64,000 nt of DNA, taken from assembly GCA_950097015.1 (NCBI GenBank), contig CATNEN010000037.1, forward strand, positions 3,782,001 through 3,846,000. The letters are read 5' to 3'. The translations under genes were made by a program, and so were the position numbers. Source of the stretch: Macrostomum hystrix. Its lineage: Eukaryota; Animalia; Platyhelminthes. This document shows positions 1 through 12,330 of the stretch, in pieces. The notes under the pieces were generated by a model, which saw only the letters and a program-made list of their open reading frames with translations, did not search any database and was not told the origin of the DNA. Numbering within the stretch: position 1 is the first letter of the stretch; each line of letters begins with the position of its first letter.

Positions 1-466
1 CCACTAAACTAATTGCACTCATTAGAAGAACTTTTTATAATTTGCAATAAACTAATTGACAATTATTTTATTGCTCTCATGATTAAGAATTGATCAATGA
101 ATAAAGCAAGTCGCTTCTAGACTGAGCAATTTAATTCATTTGTAGGAATATAATCTCAATTGCTGGCCAAACAGCTTCATCTAGGCATCTTGGGCCTGCA
201 TAGAAACTGCATGGCCACGACTTATTGAGGGCCGGGGCCCCAGGACCACCCAAGTGAGCCGTCCGTCTCTCTGTGTGTCTCGCAACATCAGTCTTTCAGC
301 ATTTTTAGCACCATGGCTCCGCAATACTCCGCAACGAGTATTTCCAGGGGCCCGAGTTAATTACTAGCCAGTAAAATATTGACGGAACTATGCCGTTGCT
401 ATGCTGTAGCTTGACCGCATCGCAATTGCACACACAGTCCTTCTAGCTGCGCCTCTTCATACGATT

Positions 467-1920
467 CGATTCTGGCTGCGATTCCTGGTAGGATTCTTGC
501 TGCGATTCCTGGTAGGATTCTTGCTGCGATTCCTGGTATGATTCTTGCTGCGATTCCTGGTAGGATTCTTACTGCGATTCCTGGTAGGATTCTTGCTGCG
601 ATTCCTGGTAGGATTCTTGATGCGATTCCTGGTAGGATTCTTGCTGCGATTCCTGGTAGGATTCTTGCTGCGATTCCTGGTAGGATTCGTGCTGAGATTC
701 CTGGTATGATTCTTGCTGCGATTCCTGGTAGGATTCTTGCTGCGATTCCTGGTAGGATTCTTGCTGCGATTCCTGGTAGGATTCTTGCTGCGAATCCTGG
801 TAGGATTCTTACTGCGATTCCTGGTAGGATTCTTGCTGCGATTCCTGGTAGGATTCTTGATGCGATTCCTGGTAGGATTCTTGCTGCGATTCCTGGTAGG
901 ATTCTTGCTGCGATTCCTGGTAGGATTCGTGCTGAGATTCCTGGTATGATTCTTGCTGCGATTCCTGGTAGGATTCTTGCTGCGATTCCTGGTAGGATTC
1001 TTGCTGCGATTCCTGGTAGGATTCTTGCTGCGAATCCTGGTAGGATTCTTGATGCGATTCCTGGTAGGATTCTTACTGCGATTCCTGGTAGGATTCTTGC
1101 TGCGATTCCTGGTAGGATTCTTGCTGCGATTCCTGGTAGGATTCTTGCTGCGAATCCTGGTAGGATTCTTGATGCGATTCCTGGTAGGATTCTTGATGCG
1201 ATTCCTGGTAGGATTCTTGCTGCGAATCCTGGTAGGATTCTTACTGCGATTCCTGGTAGGATTCTTGCTGCGATTCCTGGTAGGATTCTTGCTGCGATTC
1301 CTGGTAGGATTCTTGATGCGATTCCTGGTAGGATTCTTGCTGCGATTCCTGGTAGGATTCTTGCTGCGATTCCTGGTGGGATTCGTGCTGAGATTCCTGG
1401 TATGATTCTTGCTGCGATTCCTGGTAGGATTCTTGCTGCGATTCCTGGTAGGATTCTTGCTGCGATTCCTGGTAGGATTCTTGCTGCGAATCCTGGTAGG
1501 ATTCTTGATGCGATTCCTGGTAGGATTCTTGATGCGATTCCTGGTAGGATTCTTGCTGCGAATCCTGGTAGGATTCTTGATGCGATTCCTGGTAGGATTC
1601 TTGCTGCGATTCCTGGTAGGATTCTTGCTGCGATTCCTGGTAGGATTCTTGATGCGATTCCTGGTAGGATTCTTGCTGCGATTCCTGGTAGGATTCTTGC
1701 TGCGATTCCTGGTAGGATTCTTGATGCGATTCCTGGTAGGATTCGTGCTGAGATTCCTGGTATGATTCTTGCTGCGATTCCTGGTAGGATTCTTGCTGCG
1801 ATTCCTGGTAGGATTCTTGCTGCGATTCCTGGTAGGATTCTTGCTGCGATTCCTGGTAGGATTCTTGATGCGATTCCTGGTAGGATTCTTGATGCGATTC
1901 CTAGAAGGATTCTTGCTGCG
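467..1920. repeat. 24-bp minisatellite (ATTCTTGCTGCGATTCCTGGTAGG)n, about 60 units
   Basis: Direct tandem periodicity of 24 nt. It explains the ILAAIPGR and LRFLVGFL pseudo-ORFs. Confidence 0.97.
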
Positions 1921-3437
1921 ATTTCAAGAATTCTAATTCTATAATTCTAATCAATTCTTATTACTGATTATAGCTGCGATTATTTCAATGATATAACTAC
2001 AGCTTTGGCATTCATGTCTCAAACCGATGCAGCAATTAAGATAAGAAATCAACTGGTGCATGGCCATCGACCATCGCTCTTCTGTTTCCTATTCCAATTC
2101 AGTTTCTTAGTGAAACTTGCAGAAGACCTGTTAGGCAACACATCTGCCCTCCCTGCCTTTTAGTTTTTCCGCATTTTTATTGCCGGCCAATGCAGCCAGC
2201 CCCATTATTGCTGCTCGCATATCCGCACCAGCGAGGCCACCCATCCGGCCTTTCCTTGGGCCGATTAACAGTAGGAAGACCAGACTATTTTTCCCCTGGG
2301 GAAAAACCACGGGATATTTCAAATCCACACTGCCTACTTCACGACAGCTACCAAACCGAATGACCGATTTTTAAGAAAGTCCACCTTCTGAATCTAAATT
2401 TTGTGCTCTTTAAGATGAACTCACTTTCAAGGCCGTCCGATGTATAAGTCTCTATGGCGAATCCATATTGGCTCAAAAATGAATAAATAAACAAATTTAA
2501 TCAATCAAAAGCAGTCAACAATGATAGCCGACTTGGACTTTTGTGAAAAAAACTTGCCTAAATTTTACTGTTTTGCCACCAGACACCGCGATGAGATGTT
2601 TTGTGATTCTGAAAGTTGTTTCATCGGATAGAGCGGAAATTTGAAGTCCATGTTCTGGATTTTCATGCCAATTGGTTCACAATTTTGGGAGATAAAGAAA
2701 AAGAAAAGTGTGGGCATTAGAAGTACCCCTTGGTATTTCTATACTGTAAAAGCAATATTAATGCGGCTTGGGCCTTCTTAAATGAGCCCGAATGAGGGCA
2801 GGCAGGCTGTGCCGCTCCCATCAGTTTTGGCAGCCGCTTCCCATCACCGCGCCAGATTTTTTCTCTGCCGCAGAGAAAATTTTTTTTTACATTTCAGTTT
2901 CAGATTTGCCCCCCATTACCTCGCGGCGAGAGTCACTTAGCAGCCCCGGTTCGGCACCACCCATTGGTATCCCATCGCCATTTGGGGCCATCACATTCTG
3001 CTCCGATTCGGCAAGTCTCTCTCCATCAGACTGCGGTAGGTAGGTAGTTGTTTCGGCGAAAGCAGCGCGGCCCATACTAAGAGAGAAAGCGCGAGCAACG
3101 CGAGATGCGGTAGGGCTGGTGCCGGGGTGTGCAGTGTGTGACGGGGGCTCACGTGTGGCACTTGTATCTCTTTCTCTGCACTCGCAGCCCTGCACTCCCC
3201 TCCCCCCCATAGACGGCTGGCGTTGAAAGGGAAGAGGCGGGCTGCTGAAGGGGCCGGGGGGGCGGGGTGGTTGGTTCGAGGCCGGACCGACGAGACCCGA
3301 ATATCTAGAGGAAAATAAGGAGCAAGCCGAGCATAGGGCGGTCTTGATCCCGATCCGGGCTTTCGCTTTAGAACTTCTATAGAAAAGGCCTTCGCGAAGG
3401 AAGTCGGGCAGGAGTTGTGTTTCCTAGAAAGCTTCGG

Positions 3438-4265
3438 ATGCGACAGTCTGAACTGCTCAAACTGCCGCCGCTGCTGGTGCTGGTGCTGCTGTTGCTGCTC
3501 ACAATCCTGCTTTCTCCTATGGATTGTGTTGCGTCTAGGCAGAGAAGGCGTCAACAGAATGGCCGATGGCATCCAGTCGAATTTCAGCCGTGCGACGCCA
3601 ATGAGAGCGCATCATCGCCCCAGGCTGTGCAGCTGCTTCACCTGTCCGCCAGGCCCTACCCGCTGCGGCTCTACTCAAATGGCGGCAGCTCGCGCCTTCG
3701 CCTGCGCTACCGGCTGCGCCTGCTGCGGGATCTGCCGGCAACATTGGGCCCGGTCAGTCTCAGCATCCAGTTTGCTCCGGAGCAGCCGTTAAGGTGCCCA
3801 CTGCTGTCACTGGCCAGTCTGCTGTCCAGACTGTTCCAGGCTTCGACGAACCGCAGATCGTCTGGAAACATCACCGCTGGCATTCAGCTGCCGGATCTGT
3901 GCGCCTGGTCTCGAGCCTCCGTGGAGAATCTTCTGCCGCCGAGTCGGCATCAACGTTTCTGTCGGCGGCGTCGGAGACAGCTGGTCCCGCGGCTTCACGA
4001 CGTGCCGATTCCATGCCTGTGCGACCTCCGGCGCGGTGTCTACGGACAGCGGGCGCTGCCTGTCTACCTGACGCTGCCCCGCCTGTTCGGCATGGCCCCG
4101 CGACTCGGCTCCGCCGCCTGCGTCAGCGGTGCCTACCGGGCCAAGCTGGAGCTGACGCAACGGTTGCTAGGAGACGGTGGCGTCAACGCTACGCAGCCTG
4201 ATGATGTTCAGAGCCTGGCCTGCTACAACATTCACTTTCAGCTGCGGCTCATGACTAGGCACTAA
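3438..4265 (+). CDS. Secreted ML-domain (GM2 ganglioside activator-like) lipid-binding protein, intronless
   Basis: ATG at 3438, then a Leu-rich signal peptide (PPLLVLVLLLLLTILL). The C-terminal motifs IPCLCDLRRGVY, SGAYRAKLEL and LACYNIHFQL parallel GM2A LPCHCPFKEGTY, TGNYRIESVL and LGCIKIAASL. GC-rich coding-like composition. Confidence 0.65.
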   Translation: MRQSELLKLPPLLVLVLLLLLTILLSPMDCVASRQRRRQQNGRWHPVEFQPCDANESASSPQAVQLLHLSARPYPLRLYSNGGSSRLRLRYRLRLLRDLPATLGPVSLSIQFAPEQPLRCPLLSLASLLSRLFQASTNRRSSGNITAGIQLPDLCAWSRASVENLLPPSRHQRFCRRRRRQLVPRLHDVPIPCLCDLRRGVYGQRALPVYLTLPRLFGMAPRLGSAACVSGAYRAKLELTQRLLGDGGVNATQPDDVQSLACYNIHFQLRLMTRH

Positions 4266-4267
4266 AC

Positions 4268-4327
4268 GAATGAATGAATGAATGAATGAATGAATGAATG
4301 AATGAATGAATGAATGAATGAATGAAT
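4268..4327. repeat. (GAAT)n microsatellite
   Basis: About 15 perfect GAAT units immediately after the stop codon. Confidence 0.97.
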
Positions 4328-4800
4328 GGATGGTTGAAGGAATGCTTCAGATTTTAACACCTTGACTCAATTTTAGCCTCAAAGTCAATTTGCATTACCT
4401 CGACTCAAATTACATTTATTTAAGATTTTGTTTTAATGCTGTATGCTGAGAATTAAACGTTCTCACGATGCATTTTGCCTGTAGACGCATGAAATTCTCT
4501 TGTAAATGTTGTCGATGCTTGCTCTGACCCAAATTTTCTAATGCTGTCTTTATAAGAACAAACTAGAAAAATCTGATATTTGAAACACCGCCCGGTTCAT
4601 GCAGCTTAGGCCTGGGCAGTATTTGCTGTTGTAGGCAAGCAGGTTGTCATGGTAACCACAATTAATGCAGTTTCACTTATAAAACTGTTAAATTTTTAGT
4701 TATTTGTTACGCCTTTCAAATTCGTGCGGAATTTGACATCCCGTTTAAAAAGCGAAATTAACTTTTACCTGCACCTGCAGATATTTCTTAAGTGGACAAA

Positions 4801-5630
4801 GGTAGATTGACAGTGCAGTCTGTAGATTGACAGTGCAGTTTGTAGATTGACAGAGCAGTTTGTAGATTGACAGTGCAGTTTGTAGATTGACAGTGCAGTT
4901 TGTAGATTGACAGTGCTGTCTGTAGATTGACAGTGCAGTCTGTAGATTGACAGTGCAGTCTGTAGATTGACAGTGCAGTCTGTAGATTGACAGTGCAGTC
5001 TGTAGATTGACAGAGCAGTTTGTAGATTGACAGTGCAGTTTGTAGATTGACAGTGCAGTTTGTAGATTGACAGTGCAGTTTGTAGATTGACAGTGCAGTT
5101 TGTAGATTGACAGTGCAGTTTGTAGATTGACAGTGCAGTTTGTAGATTGACAGTGCAGTTTGTAGATTGACAGTGCAGTTTGTAGATTGACAGTGCAGTT
5201 TGTAGATTGACAGTGCAGTTTGTAGATTGACAGTGCAGTTTGTAGATTGACAGTGCAGTTTGTAGATTGACAGTGCAGTTTGTAGATCGACAGTGCAGTT
5301 TGTAGATTGACAGTGCAGTTTGTAGATTGACAGTGCAGTTTGTAGATTGACAGTGCAGTTTGTAGATTGACAGTGCAGTCTATAGATTGACAGTACAGTC
5401 TGTAGATAGACAGTGCAGTCTGTAGATTGACAGTGTAGTTTGTAGATCGACAGTGCAGTTTGTAGATTGACAGTGCAGTCTGTAGATTGACAGTGCAGTT
5501 TGTAGATTGACAGTGCAGTCTGTAGATCGACAGTGCAGTTTGTAGATTGACAGTGCAGTCTGTAGATCGACAGTGCAGTTTGTAGATCGACAGTGCAGTT
5601 TGTAGATCGACAGTGCAGTTTGTAGATCGA
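4801..5630. repeat. 20-bp minisatellite (TGTAGATTGACAGTGCAGTY)n
   Basis: Direct 20-nt periodicity, about 41 units. Confidence 0.97.
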
Positions 5631-6271
5631 CATTGGAGTTAAGTCGTATTCTACAAACTCAAGTCGTATAGTCGAGTTCCCATTTGACCAATCATATCTT
5701 ATGATGTCTACTGGGCGTGAGCTTACAAGTAGTCGGTTTAGCACACCACTACTATTTTGATCAGCAATCTAGGAAATTTGAATCTTTCTGCTGAACTTGT
5801 CTAGCATATTCTTGACGCTCTAAGTCCCTCCTCGCATTGTATTTGCAGATCGATAATGCATTTCGAACATTTTAATTTACTAACCTATTTTACTCACTTT
5901 AAAGCAAAGCTATTTTGCGTTTGACACTCCAGAATAATTCTTAGATAATGAACCTAAGTTTTAAAAAAAGACCAAGAAATAACAATAGAAACTGGTTTTC
6001 TCGCCTCTTTTTCTCTACGAGTTGGACTGGCTGTAGAAAAAAGCAGTGATACCCCAACTGATGTTATTCTCTGTCTGGTAGGCCAAATTTTACCGCCATC
6101 AACAAAATGGCGCGGAAAAGCCGCGGACTTGGCAAAATTTTCATTGACAAATCCGTGGAACTGCCTCGAGTGTGCCGTGGAATGTCTGCGGATTAAACTG
6201 CAGCTGTTTCTATATACGCATCGGATGTGGTTTGCTTTGGCTATTTAACTTTCAGTCACTTTTGAATAGCC

Positions 6272-6805
6272 ATGAAATTCCCTGCCATTAAATCCAGTCT
6301 GTTGCTTTTGATTTTCACCTCGTTTTCCGTGGTGACAATCATCTCCGCGAGTGTGGTCTGTCCGAACGATCATTACCTGGACAAGTTTGTACAGCTTTGC
6401 ATTCGGTGCCCAAGCGAGTGTCTGAACCAGACGAGGCCGAGTCATCCGGTGTATCGTCAGTTCTGCTCAGAGCTGCGACACTGTGGCTACTGTCGGACTG
6501 ATGGAATGGGCGTCAACTCAACTAACTCGACTAGCGACTCAGGAGAAGCACGGTCTGGAGAAAACTGGACTACTCGGTGCATCAGGAAATTACCCCGGCT
6601 CCGTGGTGTAACGCCGTTGTCAAGGCCGCGTCACGAGTCACAGGCCAGTCTGCTCATTGTCATCGCGGCCTCCGTTAGTTTTTTTCTACTCACGATGGCA
6701 GCCGTCACCCAGGTTTTCCTCCTGCTGAAGCTGCGACTGCGGCGGTCGAACTCTCCGAAGGACAAACTCGAAGTTAGAGCTGACAGCAGGCAGCCGCTTG
6801 TGTGA
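6272..6805 (+). CDS. Small type I membrane protein with one TNFR-like cysteine-rich domain (TACI/BCMA/Grindelwald-like)
   Basis: Signal peptide, then CPNDHYLDKFVQLCIRCPSEC, which has the same C-x4-Y-x-D-x5-C-x2-C-x3-C spacing as TACI CRD1. One TM helix (LLIVIAASVSFFLLTMAAVTQVFLLL), a basic stop-transfer segment and a tail of about 25 aa. Confidence 0.7.
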   Translation: MKFPAIKSSLLLLIFTSFSVVTIISASVVCPNDHYLDKFVQLCIRCPSECLNQTRPSHPVYRQFCSELRHCGYCRTDGMGVNSTNSTSDSGEARSGENWTTRCIRKLPRLRGVTPLSRPRHESQASLLIVIAASVSFFLLTMAAVTQVFLLLKLRLRRSNSPKDKLEVRADSRQPLV

Positions 6806-7770
6806 CTGTTGCACTCCTATTATAACACCGGTTTCAACCCCGACAGTGTTCTGTTAAATGCATTCACCAAAATTCAAACTGTAATAAAAGCTTTCTACGA
6901 AATGTCAAGAATTTTTAATAAATTGTATTATTTCATTCTCGTATTTGATTATTTGCTAGCTAGCAATTGTACAAGTAGTTGTGTCACCCCACGATAATTT
7001 TTATGCGGTAAAAAGTAAAACATTGATGATGGATAATTATAGCTTTAATCATTAGATCTGTCTTAAGCTTTCTAGGGAAGAAATATTTGCCAAAATATCC
7101 TGTTTTTCACTTTTATTTCAAATTATCCTGCGATCACAAAAAATGTAACCGTATGTGAACCAAAATGTTTTCCTAATTGACCCCTTTAAATGAGAGCAGA
7201 AATTCACCGAAATAAAAACTTTTTTTTAAACCAAAATAAGTTGTTTATATAAGTTTGACATATTTGTTAACTGCTTTTATAATGAAACCCCGTGCAAAAA
7301 ATGTGCATGCATGCATGTAGAAAAGCTGAAACAAATAAATGCTTTGTAACGAGAGCAATTATATTCAATGCTAGAAGCACATCCGACTGCAGGCCACAGC
7401 GCCCCAGGTAAGCCACGAGCCATGTAAGCCCTAAAAACATAAATTAATAAATGACAAAAGAAGGTGAAGCGGGGGGGAGGTCGCCGAGGCAGAAAAACCG
7501 CTTCTGCCCAGTGTGATCCGGTGAGACTCGGCAGCCAAGGGAAAGGCAGAGACTAGCACACCGCTATAGCTGTTTGCGGGTTGGCTGCGTGCGAGAAGGC
7601 ATTGTGGCAGTGGACAGCCAAGGAGAAGTGGTCCGTGCCCTAATAAACTATAAGAGGGCCCGTCGCCACACACTCTCCCAGACAGGACTTTCTTACTCAC
7701 TTGAGTTTATTTTCGGCATAAGGGATAATTTATTTAATAGAGCATCGCTGAGCCCGCCAAGGCCGCACAG

Positions 7771-8349
7771 ATGCCACCGCGAAGATCGCTGGCTTCAACA
7801 AGTCGACGCGACGCTTCGAGCTGTCGCCAACTGACGCCCTGCTTTCCGCGGCATGTCGTTGAAGCGCTGTCGCAGAAGGACCGCAGCCTCTACGCTCTGT
7901 TCCACGTGTTGCTTTGGTTCGGCCTGATTGCCTTCTTCTCCTGCCTGGCTGTTTATGCAGCGCAGCGGGACTACGTATACTTCATCGTGCCCCTGCCCTG
8001 CATCTTCCTCATGTTTGCCGGCCTATTTGGCTTCCGCTGGCTGGCTATTCGAAACAATGACAAGTTCGAGCTACATCATCGACATCAGTGCGATCGAGAG
8101 GCCGGAGCTGCGGGCTCTAGCGACGCTGCAGATGGTCAGAGGGGGTCTGGCCAGCTGCAGGGCTACCCGCCGCCGCCGCCGCCGCCGCCAGTTTATGCCC
8201 AAGACTATGACGGCCCGATCTTCACCATCTACGGTTCGCTGGTGCCGCCGCCGAGTTACGAGGAGGCGCAGGCGGCGGCGGCGGTGTCGGCAACAGTCGT
8301 TCAAGAAACGACCGCAGTCTCCAGTTCTAGTGAATTAACTACAACTTAA
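7771..8349 (+). CDS. Two-TM membrane protein with C-terminal PPxY motifs, function unknown
   Basis: 192-aa ORF with two hydrophobic helices (LYALFHVLLWFGLIAFFSCLAVYA; YVYFIVPLPCIFLMFAGLFGF) and PPPVY and PPPSYEEA motifs. GC-rich island in AT-rich surroundings. Confidence 0.7.
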   Translation: MPPRRSLASTSRRDASSCRQLTPCFPRHVVEALSQKDRSLYALFHVLLWFGLIAFFSCLAVYAAQRDYVYFIVPLPCIFLMFAGLFGFRWLAIRNNDKFELHHRHQCDREAGAAGSSDAADGQRGSGQLQGYPPPPPPPPVYAQDYDGPIFTIYGSLVPPPSYEEAQAAAAVSATVVQETTAVSSSSELTTT

Positions 8350-11300
8350 TATGTGTATTAAATGGAAACTGTGACATTGTCAGCATTGCTAAGCATTTTG
8401 GAACATCTCAGTTCCATAAAAAATCCCTCACACTTCTTACCACATTCATCGCAAGCAGTCCAAAAGCCACAAACTTATTTTTATCTCTGCAATGTGCATC
8501 ATTCAAAGTGTATAGTGACTTCATTTTCTTGTTCCTTAAACCTGGCCCAAACTGACCTGTTCGGCTTGCCTGCAGGGTCTGCTTTAAAAAAAGCTCAGAC
8601 CAGCTTTTTACTCAGCCCCCAAGCCGGTTGCAAATGCGAATTGGCGCCAAGAACCGACAGACAAGCGTGTTAATTGCTTTTAGAGTTCGTGTCAGTCTAC
8701 ATTTATGTGTACATTGGTTTGACCATTCTTGGCTTTCATAGACATACATATAGAGGCGCTTACTGTGATATGTGATCATAAATGCGATTCAAAGCAGCAG
8801 ACTCGTGACTGATAAAAATCAGCTTTGCCATGGAATACCTGATGTCTATCAATTTAAACTAATCTCCTACAAGCTATAATAATAAATCTATAATTATCGC
8901 AGGTATAACCAACTTTACATTTCTATGTTTGCAAGACTAATCCACGCGGTTGTATAGACGCATTTTAACTGCTTAGACTTGTTTTCTTTTCGATAATAAT
9001 TTTCACTACTGTCGGAGGATCCGTTTTGCATGGGGTCATTAAAAAGCAATTACTTATTTTAATCATTTAATTTGCCAAATTTGAATGCACTTTGGGATTA
9101 ATTGTGCATAGTACTGCAAAAGCAGATCTACATGTATTAGGCACAGGCAGCATTCAAGACCTTTCACTGCAATCTAAAATGACAATAAAAACGAACTGTT
9201 CTTTTACTCGCAATTAAACAATAAATGAAAGAATGCATTTTTTGCATTCTGTATTAACCTGCAACGAATTTTATGCACCACAACCTTTTTTACTCTTCGT
9301 TGCTAGGACTACTGAATGGGACCGATCCAAGTAGTATAATTTGGCAAATCAAAGCAAATAAGAGCTATTTTAAGCAACTGAGATGAGATGAGTATGCCAG
9401 ACTCTTAGACACAATAAATAATATTATTTATTGTGTACTCAGAGCAGCTATTTTAACATATGATTTTTTCATCTCGTTTTGGACTGAAATGCAGATAGGT
9501 AAAAATTGTTTTAACGTTTGTTTTCTTATAAAATTATTTTAATTCTATGACCACATGCTCGTCCTGGGCGCAACTTTGGATTACTGTTAGTAGCCTTATT
9601 ACTTCTTATCGAAGCGTATTTGTAAAAGTAAGGCCCACTCATAAACGTAGGCCTATAGATATGGATTTCTGGATTAGCTGCTTACTTTTAATACTTTTTA
9701 ATAACTTTCATTTTATAATTACCTAAATGTATTAGTAAAATTAAAGCCTATTCCTAAGCCCACTCTATAAATTTTACATGCCAAAAATATTATCATAAAA
9801 ACTATAATATTATATTACAGGGATTCGTTTGTCATAGCTGAATAAAGGACTTGTTAAATTATGTTATTGCAAGACCATTTCAGAAAGAACATTACATATT
9901 CTGCTGTCAGCCATCGATTATTTTTTACCTGAATGTTTCTATATGGCTTCTTGCTATAAAACTTTTGCTCAACAAAACGCTAACACTTAAGACAAATACA
10001 GACAAATAGAATACGTATTGACATTTATACAGTTTTCAATTTTAGTATATCTATAATGACAAGCAGATTCTGCTAACAAGCAGCAGCTAGCAAGCAAGAT
10101 TTTTATTTTTAGTGCATTTGATAGTATAGTATAGATATTTTTTAATTTATGTTCAGATGCATAGAAGATACTTAGGGGCTAAATCCTCCTGCTCATACAA
10201 AAATTTTTCATTTGAGTTCAATAAAAAGGTTATGGACTAACTAACAATAAACATTTTGTGTTGTAGGGCCTAATCAGTTGGAATAGTCATTAATTGTTGC
10301 TGAATGAGTAGGCCTATCACTGTTTTGTTTGATTTATATGATATAGTTTTTGTGAAATTTATAAATTTAGACTAATGGACTTTATAAAAATTCTGGCAAG
10401 GAGTTAGTCTAGTACTACTTAGTTAGACCTGTTCTAGAACAAAGTATCACTGACTATCAGTAGTCCATTCCAAATAATGAGTCTTGGCTCTAAATTGCAT
10501 TATTGAGACATAATCTTGATTTGTTTTAGCTTCATGACATACAAATGTCATGGCCCTATATTGAATTGGTATTTTCTTATAATATTTATACAATTAAGAC
10601 TAATACTAATACTAATACACATATATTAAAGCTTAGAACTCACTTTGATAATCATGTTGACCTTAGGACCTACCTTCTTTAAAAGTTTATATAATGTGTT
10701 TAGTTAGGATTGATCTTATGCAATGCTTTTCCTATAAAGGATGCAATACTTGGGTTGGTTTAATACAAACTAGCAAAGGTTTTAAAAACTTAAAAGGAAG
10801 TCTTAAATATATTTCTAGATTATAAGTTATTTTACAAATAGCTATAGCTCCTTTGTTTTTACTTAAATACTCAGTTAGCTAATAATGTTAACCATTTAAA
10901 TTTTCATGATGCATGCTTGAAAGTTCTGGTCTAAAGAAGGTACATGATCTATAAAATGGCTTCATAGTATTAGTCGGGTATGATATCTAAATGCCATAAT
11001 TGTTTAATATTGCTTTCAAATGTTAGGTCATTTATATAGATGGAAATTTTTAGTTACACACAAATAAGTTTAGCCCCTAGCCCATCAGTTAGCTTGCCAA
11101 AATGCATTAACACCTGGGCAAGTCAGTTAAGTGCCTATATAAAGAGAGAGAACCCAATGTTTAAATAGGCAGCTAGGAGTGGATTGTGAACTTTTAATGA
11201 AATTCTTTTTTATTTTTAATGTAATGTGGCGAGTGCAATTTTGACTCCTTTGTTATTTACATAACAAAGCTCTTTGTTGTTTAATGGCTTTCATTTCATA

Positions 11301-11473
11301 TATAGTTGCCATTTACCCCCACTTCAGCACACATAAGTGTTTCAGGTTATTTGTTTAGAAGGATTGTGTGATTGTTGGCTGTCTTTTGAGTCACACATCG
11401 ATATAATTGAAGATTTTGTTACACTCATGACTTCTGGCTTATTTTTTGTTCATTAGATTCTTTAGCTATACAT

Positions 11474-12330
11474 AACAACAACAACAACAAACTACAGCAA
11501 CCCTGGCCGAGGCCAAAGAGTGGGAAGCTATCAAAAAGCGCGCGCGAGCGCATAACTGCGCAGGAGGATCAGTCCGCGAGGGTCGGAGATGCCGGCATCA
11601 GTCAGCAGCAGGTCGACGAAACATTGTGTCCTCGCCTGGCCGCGCCGCCGTGGTCCCTGCAGGGAAAGCAGTAGCACATCTTGCAGGGGCTCTTGGCAGC
11701 GCTGCTCCGCACGAATAACGTGGCCGGCCAGCTGCAAGCGCCGGGTGCGGAGTAGCTGGCTTGGCCGGCAGAGCTGGGCCCGGTGGTACAGCTCGTCGTT
11801 GCTGATGTTGGTCGTGGAGTTCGGCGAGTAGTGGACTCCGAAGGCAGCGCGCAGAAGTGCAGCGTGCGCGGCGTCCAGCTGCCGCTCCTGTGAGCTGGTC
11901 AGGGTCCACGTGTGGGCGTTGTACAGGAGCACAGTTTCGATGACGGCCTGGTACAGACGGCCCCTCAGCCGGTCTGGCAGCGCGGGACACTGCATTACAG
12001 TTCGCAGGGAGCGAAACGCCCCCAGGCGAGCGCCCTGCGCCGAGCGATGTCGTCCTGCACGCTTGGCACCAGACCGCCGAGGTAGGTGAATGTCGTGCAG
12101 CGAGGCAGCAGCGCCGCCAGCCCGTTCGCATTACGACAGCGGATCTCAGCGGGCAGGTCTGCCGGTACGGTAAGCACCATCGTCTTCTTGGCGTTCACAG
12201 ACAGACCGACCACGGCTGCCGCGGCCGTCAGCTTGTCCAGCAGTCGTTGGGCTCCTTCCGCAGAGCTTGAAAGCAGCGCCAGATCGTCTGCGTACGCCAG
12301 AACGGAGAGCCGCTTCTCGGGATGTCGCCT
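11474..12330 (-). mobile_element. 5'-truncated non-LTR retrotransposon (RTE-like), RT C-terminal part, frameshifted
   Basis: LAYADDLALL RT motif, GLSVNAKKT, FTYLG, then RLYQAVIETVLLY...RRLQLAGHV...RRRGQ in a second frame. (GTT)n 3' tail at 11474-11490. Probable target duplication AGCTATACAT (11464-11473) / AGCTATAGAT (12370-12379). Confidence 0.9.

Noticed and set aside
538-1944. 468-aa ILAAIPGR repeat ORF, and the similar repeat ORFs at 4788-5744, 15552-16514, 17572-18732, 22450-23323, 33611-34264, 35614-36193, 43865-45682, 56301-57196 and 57504-58514
   Set aside because: They are stop-free translations of minisatellite units, often open in several frames and on both strands. Many lie inside introns defined by flanking conserved exons.
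8350-11460. 3-kb AT-rich stretch (also 30700-32100 and 54300-55900)
   Set aside because: No ORFs, repeats or RNA-gene signatures that I can support. Treated as ordinary intergenic or intronic DNA.
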